The notes under the pieces: generated by a model | Told to the model about the DNA's origin: nothing | What the model saw: only the letters and a program-made list of their open reading frames with translations | Databases searched by the model: none | Made by a program: the position numbers and the translations under genes | Source of the DNA: a virus | DNA length: 64,000 bases | Virus record (IMG/VR): IMGVR_UViG_3300045012_000235 | Span: 1 to 64,000 of that record | Strand: one strand, 5' to 3' | Shown: one piece after another, positions 1 to 9,467 of the stretch | How positions within the stretch are numbered: the first letter of the stretch is position 1 | How the letters are laid out: the number at the start of each line of letters is the position of its first letter

Positions 1-436
1 GGGCGGCGGAGGTGTCGGCGGCGGGCGGTAGCTCGGGATGATCGTGCCGATACGGACTTCGCGGCGAGGCAGGGGCCTGCGTCCGTGCGGACGCGCCGGA
101 GTACGCCGTCCAGTGCGTTCGCGCGCGCGAGAGAGTTCGGCGAGACGGTTGGCATAAACGCCCATGTCTTCAACGTGAGAACAAAGTTCCCAATGCGCTC
201 TTCGAGCGTCAACAAACGATTTTTGTGGCGCCCGATCCGACTTCGAATCGGCGTGTGCGCCGTACGCTACGAGAAGAGGTTTTTGACGATCCGCTCTGTC
301 GAGATAAAGAATAACAGAATCAATAACTTACATGCACATCATGCGTTTACTCAACGAGGTGGCAGAGAGGCGGTGAATGCACTCATCGCGGCTCATCCGA
401 TTTCGGGCGCAAGCCTTACCCACGACTTGCAAACGA

Positions 437-465
437 CATACTCGTGTATGCCTCGAGTATTCTCT
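437..465. promoter_or_regulatory. Conserved palindromic box, copy 1
   Basis: CATACTCGTGTATGCCTCGAGTATTCTCT matches copies at 12038, 26891, 29472, 35739; no -10 at +63 here. Confidence 0.6.
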
Positions 466-487
466 ATTGAATTTGAAGCAACCGATC

Positions 488-546
488 GATGCAACTGGAT
501 GCAACCGGCGATGCAACCGGATGCTTCTGTTGCATCCGGTTGCATC
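488..546. repeat. GATGCAAC repeat cluster with 15-bp perfect hairpin (510-546); possible terminator of minus-strand genes
   Basis: GATGCAAC at 488, 498, 510, inverted copies at 529, 539; stem GATGCAACCGGATGC/GCATCCGGTTGCATC abuts the stop at 545. Confidence 0.7.
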
Positions 547-1360
547 ACGGAAACAGGGCTGCCTTCAGGTACTCGCTCTCGCTTCGGTTGGACATCACAT
601 CGAACCCGCGCTGACCAAGTTCTCTGCGCGCCTCGTCATCACGCGCGAGCTCCGCGCACTTGTCCGCGAGTTCGTCGTACTCGGCGAATGCAACTCCGCC
701 CGCGAAGTCTTCGTGCCCGTCCCCGCGCTCGGATACGACAACTTTCTTGTTCGCGAGCAGGTAAAAAACGCGGACGGATTCGAAGACGGAGTTTTCTTCG
801 CGGCCGCGGATGTTGACCACAATCTTCGCGCGGGCGATGAGCGCGTCGCGCGCGGCGCCGTACACGCCACCGATCACGGTGACGCGCAGCCCGCGTGCGG
901 TGAGAGCGTCGAGAACCGTTCGTCGCCTGTCGGTCATGGTGCCGTAGAAGAGGACGTCGATATCTTCCTCAGACGCGGGCGGGATGCGCGTCAGCTCGGA
1001 GACGTACCCGATCGGCAGCCATCGCGCACGGATCCCCATTGCGGCGAATCGATCGATGTTTTGCTTGCTGAAATCCACCACCGGGTACTGCCGAAAGATG
1101 GCGATCGTGGTGGGCGTGATGAACGCCGAACCGTGGTGCACGTGCTCGAGGTGGTAGAGGACGGTCCCGGACGGTGGCATCCCACCGAGCATCGGAATCG
1201 ACGGCGTGCCGAGCAGGATGAGTCGGCGGTCGGATGGCCACTTTCTCGTCAGCACGCAATCGTGACCCAAGGAGAGGAGACCGTAACGAAGGGTCTCGGC
1301 CAGCTCCTGAAATGCGCCGCGCTCACCCGCGCTGCCCAGCGTGATGACGCCGAACTTCAC
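545..1360 (-). CDS. Glycosyltransferase (GT-B, CgeB/Glyco_trans_1_2-like)
   Basis: DIDVLFYG..RR..L, AKIVVNI, FESVRVFYLLANKKVVVSE motifs; GTG start overlaps upstream TGA. Confidence 0.75.
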   Translation of the reverse strand: MKFGVITLGSAGERGAFQELAETLRYGLLSLGHDCVLTRKWPSDRRLILLGTPSIPMLGGMPPSGTVLYHLEHVHHGSAFITPTTIAIFRQYPVVDFSKQNIDRFAAMGIRARWLPIGYVSELTRIPPASEEDIDVLFYGTMTDRRRTVLDALTARGLRVTVIGGVYGAARDALIARAKIVVNIRGREENSVFESVRVFYLLANKKVVVSERGDGHEDFAGGVAFAEYDELADKCAELARDDEARRELGQRGFDVMSNRSESEYLKAALFP

Positions 1361-2037
1361 TCCTCGATCTCGGCCGGCATGTCCTGGATGGCGAATCGAA
1401 AACTGCTCGCGAACGTCGTCTTGCCGATGTGCGCCACGATCGCGTCCCGGTGGCAGTAGACCTTGCCCCCGATCGCGCGCCACTGTTGGCAGAAGTAGAC
1501 GTCCTCGCCGGTCTCGTCGGGCATCATGAAGAGCTTCGGCTGGCCCCGCTTATTGCGAGCGGCAGACGCGGACAATTGCTCGAGGCATCGCCTGGATGCC
1601 ACAAGGATACCGGCGCCGACTGCCGAGACCTCGATGTAGACGACGCCGTCAAGCTGGAACCCGCGCAGCGACTTTTCCTTGAACAGTTTGGGGGACACGA
1701 ACGGATCGCCACCCAGTGTGTCGTCGGACCGCGTGACGTGCGCGTAGCCGATGACGTCCGCGCGGCCTGATCCGACGCATTCGATGGCTTCGACGAGATT
1801 GCTGGACTTCCACTGGTGGTCGGTGTCGATCTGCACCATGACGTCCGCCTCTTCGCTCATCGCCTCGGCTGCCAGGGCGTTACGCGCGAAGTGTGGGAGC
1901 GTGCCCTTGACGTACCCCCAGTCGCAGAGCTCGTGCCCGCGCTCGCGCAGCATGTCCATCGACGCGATGAGTGAGCCGACGAACTCTGGTTCCATCGAGT
2001 CGTAGCAGGGGGAGCCGAGGAAGATCTTCAATCCCAT
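1357..2037 (-). CDS. GT-A fold glycosyltransferase (phage type)
   Basis: IFLGSPCY, ARNALA, IDTD (DxD), GAGILV, GEDVYFC, HIG motifs. Confidence 0.75.
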   Translation of the reverse strand: MGLKIFLGSPCYDSMEPEFVGSLIASMDMLRERGHELCDWGYVKGTLPHFARNALAAEAMSEEADVMVQIDTDHQWKSSNLVEAIECVGSGRADVIGYAHVTRSDDTLGGDPFVSPKLFKEKSLRGFQLDGVVYIEVSAVGAGILVASRRCLEQLSASAARNKRGQPKLFMMPDETGEDVYFCQQWRAIGGKVYCHRDAIVAHIGKTTFASSFRFAIQDMPAEIEE

Positions 2038-2048
2038 GTTTTGACCTC

Positions 2049-2603
2049 TCAAGGGGAAAAGCACACACCGCCAGCGCTGGTGTTCTGGCAACCGCACGTA
2101 CTCGAACTGGTGCAGCATGGAGCTGCCGGGAGACAGGTTGTCTTGCAGGCTTGAAGGTCGCACGCGCAGGCTCCATTCACGCAGGCGTACGGGCACGTCG
2201 TCGCGGCTTCCCACTGCCCGTTTGGGTTGCACGTCTGCACCTGCGTGTCGCTCGCGCACTGCACCACGCCCGGCGTGCATGCCTCTAACGAGCCGCTTGA
2301 AGAGCCGGACGACGAGCCGGACGACGAGCCGGACGAACTGCCGCTCGATGACGGCCCCCCGTCGGGCACCACGCCGCTGTCCTCCGTTTTTGAGGCCTCT
2401 ACTTCTCGGGCGCTGGCTTCCTCCGTCGCGGCATCGGCTGCCACGACGTCGACCACGATCGTTACGACGTCCTCGGCCTCGCCTGCGTCGGTACCCGGCG
2501 GCGCCTCTGGCGTCATCAGAGCGTCCGTGGCGGTGAATGGAGCACCACCGCAGCCGAGGAAAATCGAGACAGCAAACGCGAGCAGCAGGGTCGAAGTTTT
2601 CAT
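2049..2603 (-). CDS. Cys-rich lipoprotein with SSSG linker
   Basis: Signal peptide with lipobox FLG-C; SSSG repeats; Cys-rich C-terminus. Confidence 0.75.
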   Translation of the reverse strand: MKTSTLLLAFAVSIFLGCGGAPFTATDALMTPEAPPGTDAGEAEDVVTIVVDVVAADAATEEASAREVEASKTEDSGVVPDGGPSSSGSSSGSSSGSSSGSSSGSLEACTPGVVQCASDTQVQTCNPNGQWEAATTCPYACVNGACACDLQACKTTCLPAAPCCTSSSTCGCQNTSAGGVCFSP

Positions 2604-2719
2604 TGGGTCGTGTCCTTGGGGTTTCATTACGTGTACCATAGAAACTCCGTGGACGCCAACTGTTTTGTAGACCATCAAAACAGTGGCAAACTCACCCGGG
2701 CGACCGTACACTGTTTCTC

Positions 2720-2890
2720 GTGGCTCGCCCGCGCAAATCCGTCTCTGAGAAGCAGTCCATCAAGGTCGTGCTCCACTTGACGCTGCGCGAAAAGAAGCAA
2801 CTCGATGCTGCGGCAACGAAAGCAAAACTGCCGGTGGCTACGCTGGCCCGCCTGCGGGCAGTAGGGGCACGAGACGTCGATGAAACATAA
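2720..2890 (+). CDS. Small RHH/MobC-like DNA-binding protein (56 aa, not in ORF track)
   Basis: MARPRKSVSEKQSIKVVLHLTLREKKQLDAAATKAKLPVATLARLRA; TACACT 7 nt upstream of GTG. Confidence 0.65.
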   Translation: MARPRKSVSEKQSIKVVLHLTLREKKQLDAAATKAKLPVATLARLRAVGARDVDET

Positions 2891-3221
2891 GCAGACCGTG
2901 GTGGGCGAACCGTGCCGGCGGTGCGGCATCCCTTGTTCCAAAAAGACAATTGATGTGCCGTGCTTCGAAGAGGGTGACACCTTCGAGACCTGGAAGGCGA
3001 GGCAGCCGGCGGAACTGTTCAAGGAGCTGTTCATGCCTCCGGTCGAAGAGGCCAACGACATCGACAGCGCGAAGGCGGCGGTCTCTCAGATCTTGCTGAA
3101 CTTACTCGCCAAGCTCGGTCCTCATTCGACGGTGGTGGACGTCGTCGTCAGCAAGTTGTCCGATCTCGTCGTCGCACACATTCAAGAGGCGAAGCGCTTA
3201 TCGGATGTACGGGTAGAGTAG
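2880..3221 (+). CDS. Hypothetical protein (CxxC)
   Basis: Overlaps the preceding small gene; protein-like composition. Confidence 0.55.
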   Translation: MKHKQTVVGEPCRRCGIPCSKKTIDVPCFEEGDTFETWKARQPAELFKELFMPPVEEANDIDSAKAAVSQILLNLLAKLGPHSTVVDVVVSKLSDLVVAHIQEAKRLSDVRVE

Positions 3222-3866
3222 ATCGATCGCGCTCACCTGCACGCGAACACCGCTGACGCCGACCTCGCTGCCGCCCGCCATCCCGACGAAGTCCCCCTCG
3301 CCGCGATTCTTCGCTTCCTCGCCGGGCTCGACCCACCACTCGCGCTGGTGATGGGCGACCTTGCCGACCGGGTGCTTCGTCGTACCGTCCATGCGAACCC
3401 AGTCGCTCTGCTCATCCTGGAACGCGAGAAAGACGTGCGTCGGAACCTCGTATGGATGCTTGTGCGAGCTGCCGATGATCATCGCGGGAATGCCGATCGA
3501 CATCATCGCCGCCGCGAGCGTGACCGACGCATCATCGCAGTCGCCACCGACGATGCAGAGGCCCCCGTTGTCGAGACAAAGCGTCTGTTCGGGGTGCGCG
3601 ATGAACTCGCCCATCACCGGGTCAGCCACGTACGGCACCTTCTTTCGGTACGCGTCCAAGACCGCTTGAGCCTTTTGCCGGCGCGATCCGCTGGACACGC
3701 CGACCGCGTCAAGCTTCTGCGTCGTCCACGCACGGAGGCGCGGCGACATCCGCGATTTCCAGGCGCGCTCGGCGACTTCCTTGAGCGAGAGGAGTGACCC
3801 TTCGCGACCGGCCGGATGCGAACGCACGTCCGTCTTCACGCCGGCAACGGGCTTGTCGAAGATCAT
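3198..3866 (-). CDS. Transglutaminase-like cysteine protease
   Basis: GDCDD...THVF...WVRMDGT gives a Cys-His-Asp triad; ATGA overlap with the LysM gene. Confidence 0.8.
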   Translation of the reverse strand: MIFDKPVAGVKTDVRSHPAGREGSLLSLKEVAERAWKSRMSPRLRAWTTQKLDAVGVSSGSRRQKAQAVLDAYRKKVPYVADPVMGEFIAHPEQTLCLDNGGLCIVGGDCDDASVTLAAAMMSIGIPAMIIGSSHKHPYEVPTHVFLAFQDEQSDWVRMDGTTKHPVGKVAHHQREWWVEPGEEAKNRGEGDFVGMAGGSEVGVSGVRVQVSAIDLLYPYIR

Positions 3867-4924
3867 GTGGCGTACTCCCGGCGCGCAGCGGACGTACGCG
3901 TGGGCTTGCGGGTCGCTGCGTATGCGATTCCGCCCGCGGCCGCCACCCCGAGTACCGTGACCACGGTCCACCCCCAGGGGAATCCGTCATCGTCGCTGGC
4001 TGCGCTCGAGGGCACAATCTGCTTCGAGGCCGGAGGAGGCTTCGGTGTAGGCACCGGGCGCTGCCCCGCGCCGCACGCCGAGGGCGCGCTCCCCGCGATC
4101 TGCGCAAGAGCGACAACCGTGGCGACCTCGTAGGTGCCGGTGCCGACAGGGACCTTCGGGGATTGCGACGCGTTCCAGGCTGTCTTGAAACGGTGGACCG
4201 CGGCATTGACCGGCGTTCCGGGGTGAGTGACCGACGTGCAGTAATTGGGGTCGGCTGAGAGGGCAGCCACAGCGGCTTTTGCAGCGGTTTGCAGGCCGGA
4301 CGACGCGGAGTGCGTCTGGATCGCCAGATGCGCGTTGCCGAGCGCCGTGGAGAGCGCGTTCTGGATGTCGAGGCGTGCGCGGGTAACAGCGGCCCGGTCG
4401 TTTGCAGCGACAGCGGTGGCGAGGTCGCGGTTACGCACCCAAGCCCAGTGCGTTGCGTCTCTCACGAGTTTGGCTTTGGCGGCGTCGGCTCCGCTCACCG
4501 CCGCATCCACCTTCTTGCCCGCGTCGCCCACGGCCTTGATGAACGAGGTGTCGTCGAGCGCCGCGAGCTGGGCGACCGCAGTGACGGCCGGGTCGAGCTC
4601 GGGCGAGTCGCCGAGCGTGCCGCGCGTCACGCCATTGTGATGAGGCAGGATCTTGTAGTACGTCGCCGGCAGCTTCTCGCGCGCGGGGTGAAACCACTCG
4701 TCGGGCAAATTGAGCGTCTCGCCGACGCGTAGCTCGCGAAAGGTAACGAACCCGTTCGGTCGCGTGATCGCCTTTTTGTGCAAATTCACGCGAGGTAGCT
4801 CGCAGGCGCATTTCGGACAGGAAGCATGGGAACCTTGCGCCGCGATGCTCCCTGGCGAGTCGCCGACCTGAACGACGTACGTCCTCACGCCTCCTAGACT
4901 ACGCGCGTACGGTCCCGCTGTCAC
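3863..4924 (-). CDS. LysM-domain protein with C-terminal membrane anchor
   Basis: TYVVQVGDSPGSIA...LRVGETLNLP; PG-binding-like AVHRFK..W segment; C-terminal TM followed by basic tail. Confidence 0.75.
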   Translation of the reverse strand: MTAGPYARSLGGVRTYVVQVGDSPGSIAAQGSHASCPKCACELPRVNLHKKAITRPNGFVTFRELRVGETLNLPDEWFHPAREKLPATYYKILPHHNGVTRGTLGDSPELDPAVTAVAQLAALDDTSFIKAVGDAGKKVDAAVSGADAAKAKLVRDATHWAWVRNRDLATAVAANDRAAVTRARLDIQNALSTALGNAHLAIQTHSASSGLQTAAKAAVAALSADPNYCTSVTHPGTPVNAAVHRFKTAWNASQSPKVPVGTGTYEVATVVALAQIAGSAPSACGAGQRPVPTPKPPPASKQIVPSSAASDDDGFPWGWTVVTVLGVAAAGGIAYAATRKPTRTSAARREYAT

Positions 4925-5097
4925 TCCGGCTTCGGTTGCAGCGCCATCGGCTCGCCGACCATCCGGATTCCCTCGGCCTCGATGGCCATCGTCGCCATCG
5001 GATTTTTGAGGAGCTTCTCGAACTTCTTTGCCCAGTCGACCGCCTGCTCCGGCGAGCGCGCATCGACCGTGACCTGCATGAAGATCCGGTATCGCAT
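4921..5097 (-). CDS. Hypothetical protein
   Basis: MRYRIFMQVTVDARS..., translationally coupled within the operon. Confidence 0.6.
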   Translation of the reverse strand: MRYRIFMQVTVDARSPEQAVDWAKKFEKLLKNPMATMAIEAEGIRMVGEPMALQPKPE

Positions 5098-5101
5098 TGG
5101 G

Positions 5102-6925
5102 TCATCCTCGCGACGGCATGCCCCACGCCTTCTTCGGCGGCGCGGGCGCGGGCTCTGAAATCGGCGGCGGCATCTCGGCCGGTGGTTCGGGCAGCGAATC
5201 CTGCGTCTGCGGCGGGATCTGGTCGACCGGGACCGCGACAAACCCTTCCGGCGGTTGGTAGTCCGGTCCAGCCATCACGTAACCAGGCGGCAACTGCTGC
5301 TGTTGCCTTTTTCTGTCCTCGTCCTTTGCCTTGCGGAGCTCCACGCGCTGATCCCCGATCCACTTGAGGATGTCGGGCAAGTTGGCCATCGCGGTCTCGA
5401 AACCGCGCAGGCTTCCATCGCTCCGGTTGATGACGCCCTTGGCCGGCCCCATGTCGATGACACGAACGGGGCTGTCGTCGTCTTCGGGTGGCGGTTGTTC
5501 GGCCGCTTGCCCGCCGAACCCGAGTTCGTCTGCCACCCGCCGGAAATCGCGAAAAACAGAAGCCGCTTCGCGGAGCTGCTCGGACGGCGACTGCGGCCTT
5601 TGAGACTGCTGCGGCGGGTAAGGTGCTCTCGGATCGTACGGCGCTTGCGGCGCGTTCGGGTCGTGCGCGGGGGCGCCGTAGCGCGGCCGGTAGTACGGAC
5701 CGCCGGGGGGCGGAGGTCCTCCCGCGGGAGGGGCGCCGCGCTGAACCGTCTGCATCATCGTCAGCATCATGTCGAACATCTGCTTCTGCATCGCCATCAT
5801 CGCAGCCGTGGAATCCGTTGGCGCTGCGGGTGCTGCGGGCTGAGGCGCCGGAGGCGCGTGTCCGGCCGCCGTCGCCTGCATCGCCTGCATCATCTCGAAC
5901 ATCTGCTTCTGCATGGCGAGCAGGGCCGCCGCGGGGTCGTGCGGGACTTGAGGAGGAGAAGGGGCTGCTGCTGCTGCTGCTGCCGGGGGCGCCGCCGGTT
6001 GCGGCGGCTGCCCGGCAACCATTCCTTGCATTTGTTGCATCATCTCGAACATCTGCTTCTGCATGGCGAGCAGAGCGTTGACGTCGGGTGCGGGCGCGGG
6101 CGTAACGATCGGAGCCACCGGTGCGGCCACAGGGGTCGGAGCGGCCGATTTTGGCTGAAGCATTTCGAACATCTGCTTCTGCATCGCAAGCATGGCCTCG
6201 AACGGCGTGCCGGAGTGTGCAGGAGGCGCAGCTGGATACGGCGCAGGCGGCGGCCCGTACACTGGGTTCGCGGCAGGCGTTCCGGGAGGGAGCGGTTCGT
6301 CGAGCGTACTCGGCATCGAGATCTGCCCACCGTTGCCATGCCCTGCACCGTCCTGGAAGGTGATCTTGTACGTGGTCTCTCCGTTGCGACCGTGCAGGCG
6401 TTTGAGCACGGCGTACAGCTCGTTGGCCGTGCGCGGCCGCTCACTGAGCATCCAGTGCGCCGGGGCTCCTGTCAGCCGCTCGACGGCGATCGTCTGCGAG
6501 GCGGCGGGGAACACCTTGAGCGTTTCCTCGAACGCGAGCAGGATGTTTCCGTCGGCGTGCGACGCGGGGACCGGTTGAGGGACCGGCGCGGTGTGGTTCA
6601 TGGGCGGGATCTCTGCAGGTTCGGGATCAGGATTTGATGGAGGCACTGGACGACGGGGACGGCGCGCCGTTGCGGGAGGACCGTTCGGAGATGGATCCGA
6701 GCGCCGACGTGGGCGCCGGTCGGGCGGCGCAGGGGGCCTGTTGGCGCGCTCGCCGAAACGGTTCGTGGGCGGCGGGGGCGGTGGATCGGGTTTGCGGCGA
6801 GGAAGCCGAACGAGTTTCTGTTCGCCCGTCGTGACGACGGCGTCATCGTTCGCAATGACCTCGGGCTCGTCCTCATCCTCGGTCTCGTCGAGATCGTCGT
6901 CCTCGCGATCGTCCGTCGGCGGCAT
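5102..6925 (-). CDS. Pro/Ala/Gln-rich protein with four AMQKQMF(E/D)M repeats
   Basis: Long ORF in operon; four helical repeats separated by Pro/Ala linkers. Confidence 0.8.
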   Translation of the reverse strand: MPPTDDREDDDLDETEDEDEPEVIANDDAVVTTGEQKLVRLPRRKPDPPPPPPTNRFGERANRPPAPPDRRPRRRSDPSPNGPPATARRPRRPVPPSNPDPEPAEIPPMNHTAPVPQPVPASHADGNILLAFEETLKVFPAASQTIAVERLTGAPAHWMLSERPRTANELYAVLKRLHGRNGETTYKITFQDGAGHGNGGQISMPSTLDEPLPPGTPAANPVYGPPPAPYPAAPPAHSGTPFEAMLAMQKQMFEMLQPKSAAPTPVAAPVAPIVTPAPAPDVNALLAMQKQMFEMMQQMQGMVAGQPPQPAAPPAAAAAAAPSPPQVPHDPAAALLAMQKQMFEMMQAMQATAAGHAPPAPQPAAPAAPTDSTAAMMAMQKQMFDMMLTMMQTVQRGAPPAGGPPPPGGPYYRPRYGAPAHDPNAPQAPYDPRAPYPPQQSQRPQSPSEQLREAASVFRDFRRVADELGFGGQAAEQPPPEDDDSPVRVIDMGPAKGVINRSDGSLRGFETAMANLPDILKWIGDQRVELRKAKDEDRKRQQQQLPPGYVMAGPDYQPPEGFVAVPVDQIPPQTQDSLPEPPAEMPPPISEPAPAPPKKAWGMPSRG

Positions 6926-6944
6926 CTCAGACACGCGCCGACCC

Positions 6945-7400
6945 CTACGACGCCGCGCTCGGCCCGTTCGCGGCACCCGCCGGAGCCGGAGCCGGCTCCG
7001 GAAGCTCAGGCTCCTCGGGTTCTTCCGGCTCTTCGTCTTCTTCGTCCTCTTCGGCGATCTCGATGAACTCGACGAAGGTGTCCTCGCTCATGGCCTCGTC
7101 GCAGAACCGGATGACGCGCTCCGGGACGAACGTCCTCACGAACATCTTGCCGTCGCTCGAGTACACCTCGACTCCGCCGTCGTCGCGGTACATCCGCACG
7201 ATCTTCGCTTCGGGCGCGAGCGGGTGAGGGCGATTCAGGAGCCACGACGTAGGCTCCTCCTCGGTTTTGCCCTTCTCGTCGAGGGTGAGCGGATCGGTGA
7301 CCAGCCTGACCAGCGCCGTCGCATCCGCGTCAGGCTGAGGGAGTCGGCGTTCGACCGGAAGGATGTACGGACCGGCGTTGGCCGGGAAGTTGTTGCTCAT
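6945..7400 (-). CDS. Hypothetical protein with acidic tail
   Basis: MSNNFPANAG start; EEDEEDEEPEE tail. Confidence 0.7.
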   Translation of the reverse strand: MSNNFPANAGPYILPVERRLPQPDADATALVRLVTDPLTLDEKGKTEEEPTSWLLNRPHPLAPEAKIVRMYRDDGGVEVYSSDGKMFVRTFVPERVIRFCDEAMSEDTFVEFIEIAEEDEEDEEPEEPEEPELPEPAPAPAGAANGPSAAS

Positions 7401-7410
7401 GGGCTTCCTT

Positions 7411-8088
7411 TTAGAGATCCGGCAGCGGAGGCAGGAGACCCGCCTCCAGGAATGAAAAGTACGATTTGTGGCCGCATATGATGTGGTCGAGCAGACCGAC
7501 GCCGACAACCTCGAACGCGTCCGCAAATGCCTCTGTCGTCTCCTTGTCCGCATCGCTCGGTTCGGCTTTTACACCCGAGGGATGGACATGGAACAAGATG
7601 ACGGCATGCGCGCCGTCGATGAGCGCGGCTTGAAGCGTCGGCACGAGCGGCGCCATCACGGCCGCCGGCTCTCCGCGACCTGTCTCGGCGACGCTCTTCA
7701 TCCGAAGGTGGATGTCGAGCGTAACGACTCCGAAGACCTCGTTGACCTCGTCGCCGATGGCTTCACCGATGAGTTGAAACGCCCGCTTCGGCGTGTCGAG
7801 CGGACCGATTGAATCGGCGAGCGCGTTGCACGCGGCGAACCGCTCTTGGTCCTTCTGCACGGTCAGGAACGGACGGCACTTCGAACCGTTGCCGGCGCCG
7901 AGCACGACGGGGTCCGCACCGGCGTCCGCGAGCGCCACTTCGTGCGCGTCGTCCTTTACGCGAAGGCGGCCGGGCGTGCGGCTGCGCACGCGAAGCACCG
8001 CGCGCTCTGCGAGCGTCCGCGCCTGCGCCGGCTCGTGGCAGCCGCACCCCTCCTGCTGAGTGCCAAATTTAGGATCGTAGACCTTCAC
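7411..8088 (-). CDS. JAB/MPN (RadC-like) domain protein
   Basis: E...HVHPSG..EPSDAD...LLDHII JAMM signature. Confidence 0.85.
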   Translation of the reverse strand: MKVYDPKFGTQQEGCGCHEPAQARTLAERAVLRVRSRTPGRLRVKDDAHEVALADAGADPVVLGAGNGSKCRPFLTVQKDQERFAACNALADSIGPLDTPKRAFQLIGEAIGDEVNEVFGVVTLDIHLRMKSVAETGRGEPAAVMAPLVPTLQAALIDGAHAVILFHVHPSGVKAEPSDADKETTEAFADAFEVVGVGLLDHIICGHKSYFSFLEAGLLPPLPDL

Positions 8089-8470
8089 GGGCCCCGTTCT
8101 CCTGCACCGTCTTCGGTGCGTGCACACCAAGCGACTTTGCTGCGCGCGGGTCGCCGAACGGCACATATTCCGAGCCGCTCTCGTTCTGCACCCGGAACTC
8201 GTCGAGGCTTTTCCAGTCCCGCACGATGAGCTTGATGTTCTTGTTCTCGGCCATCGGCCGAAACGAGGCGCCCCCTTCCAGCGAGATGCCATTGATGGTT
8301 GTTGGCAGCACGATGTCCCCCACCTTCAGGTCCTTGATGTCGGGACCGACGGCGTCGATGAGCAGGAGCTTCGTCGTGTTCTTCGTCTCGTCCGGTCGCA
8401 CGATGGTCGAGTCCGTGAGCCGGACAACGACGCGACCGACAACCTCGTCGAGCCTGGGCTGAAAGTTCAT
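8069..8470 (-). CDS. groES: GroES-like co-chaperonin
   Basis: MNFQPR..RVVVR..IVRPD..AVGPD..LKVGDIVL pattern of Cpn10. Confidence 0.7.
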   Translation of the reverse strand: MNFQPRLDEVVGRVVVRLTDSTIVRPDETKNTTKLLLIDAVGPDIKDLKVGDIVLPTTINGISLEGGASFRPMAENKNIKLIVRDWKSLDEFRVQNESGSEYVPFGDPRAAKSLGVHAPKTVQENGAREGLRS

Positions 8471-8916
8471 TTTTTCTCCTCAAGTTGGGATGGGTCGCTG
8501 GGAGGTGGCATCGTCATGGCGGTGCCGCGCAAGGTCTCGAGCTCCGCCTGGCACGCCGCGAGCTCCGCGACGACGGCTGAGAAGTATTCCCGCGACGGCA
8601 TCGTGTAGAGCTGCCCGGAGATCTTGGAGGCGACGGGGGGAGCGAACTGCCTCGCGGCGTTCAGGACGACGAGCGCGGACATCCGGATCTCACGGTCCGG
8701 GCAGTCCCTCAGGCACAGTTCGGTCTCGACTTTTTCAGCCGGACAACCCGTCATGTGTGCGCAGCGTGCGACGATCTCGGCCGCTTGCTTGGTGGCGATC
8801 TCCCAGCCGACCTTGCTCTTCCAGAGCGCGAGCTTCTGCCCGAACCACACGCGGTTGTCCACCAGGGTGCGCGGCTCGGGGTCGAGCCCCAGCATGTGCT
8901 GCTGATTCTGGTTCAT
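8467..8916 (-). CDS. Hypothetical protein
   Basis: ATGA overlaps at both ends. Confidence 0.65.
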   Translation of the reverse strand: MNQNQQHMLGLDPEPRTLVDNRVWFGQKLALWKSKVGWEIATKQAAEIVARCAHMTGCPAEKVETELCLRDCPDREIRMSALVVLNAARQFAPPVASKISGQLYTMPSREYFSAVVAELAACQAELETLRGTAMTMPPPSDPSQLEEKK

Positions 8917-9119
8917 GTGGTCACCCCGTCGGGCTCGCGAATCCGGATATAACCATCGCTTCGATTGTCGGCCGCGGATTGCGCCACCCGCATGAGCACA
9001 GTCCTCATCCAAACGCTCGGGCGAACCCCGCAGTGCTTGGCGCGCTGGTTGATGAGTCGCATCTGTTCGGCGCTCATCTTGATGGAAGCAACAGCCGGGT
9101 AGAGGGTCGCTCGAGGCAT
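8913..9119 (-). CDS. RHH-like DNA-binding protein
   Basis: ASIKMSAEQMRLINQRAKHCGVRPSVWMR; first gene of the operon. Confidence 0.6.
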   Translation of the reverse strand: MPRATLYPAVASIKMSAEQMRLINQRAKHCGVRPSVWMRTVLMRVAQSAADNRSDGYIRIREPDGVTT

Positions 9120-9244
9120 ACTCCAGTCCTACTCGGGGGATACTGAGGTCTTACGCAGAGACCGGTCAATCGATCGGTGCGTGTCGTTGCGCGATTCTTT
9201 GCAGGATGCTCGACATCTTGATCGCATCATGAAAGCATTGCTCC

Positions 9245-9463
9245 ATGAGCCGCACGAAGCCGGTCCTGGCCGCATCGATCTTGCGCGCGATGTGCGTACG
9301 CGCGAGTTGCGATCCGAGAACGCTCCAAAAGTACCTCGCGGGCAAACCGATCATGCCGATGACCCTCGCCCGTATCGAGGAGGCTTTACGCGCAGGCGGC
9401 TACAGTCGTCTGGTGCGGCCCTCCAGCACAGATCTCCAGTCGTCAGCCAACGAATCTCCGTGA
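9245..9463 (+). CDS. Small HTH regulator (LacI/Cro-like)
   Basis: RASCDPRTLQKYLAGK..TLARIEEAL; divergent from the RHH gene; paralog at 47519-47686. Confidence 0.65.
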   Translation: MSRTKPVLAASILRAMCVRASCDPRTLQKYLAGKPIMPMTLARIEEALRAGGYSRLVRPSSTDLQSSANESP

Positions 9464-9467
9464 TACC

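Noticed and set aside
1-165. Possible minus-strand gene start (MGVYANRLAELS...)
   Set aside because: Truncated by the window edge; no recognisable motif
85-1459. Plus-strand ORFs 85-816 and 377-1459
   Set aside because: Overlap non-coding DNA and are antisense to the glycosyltransferase
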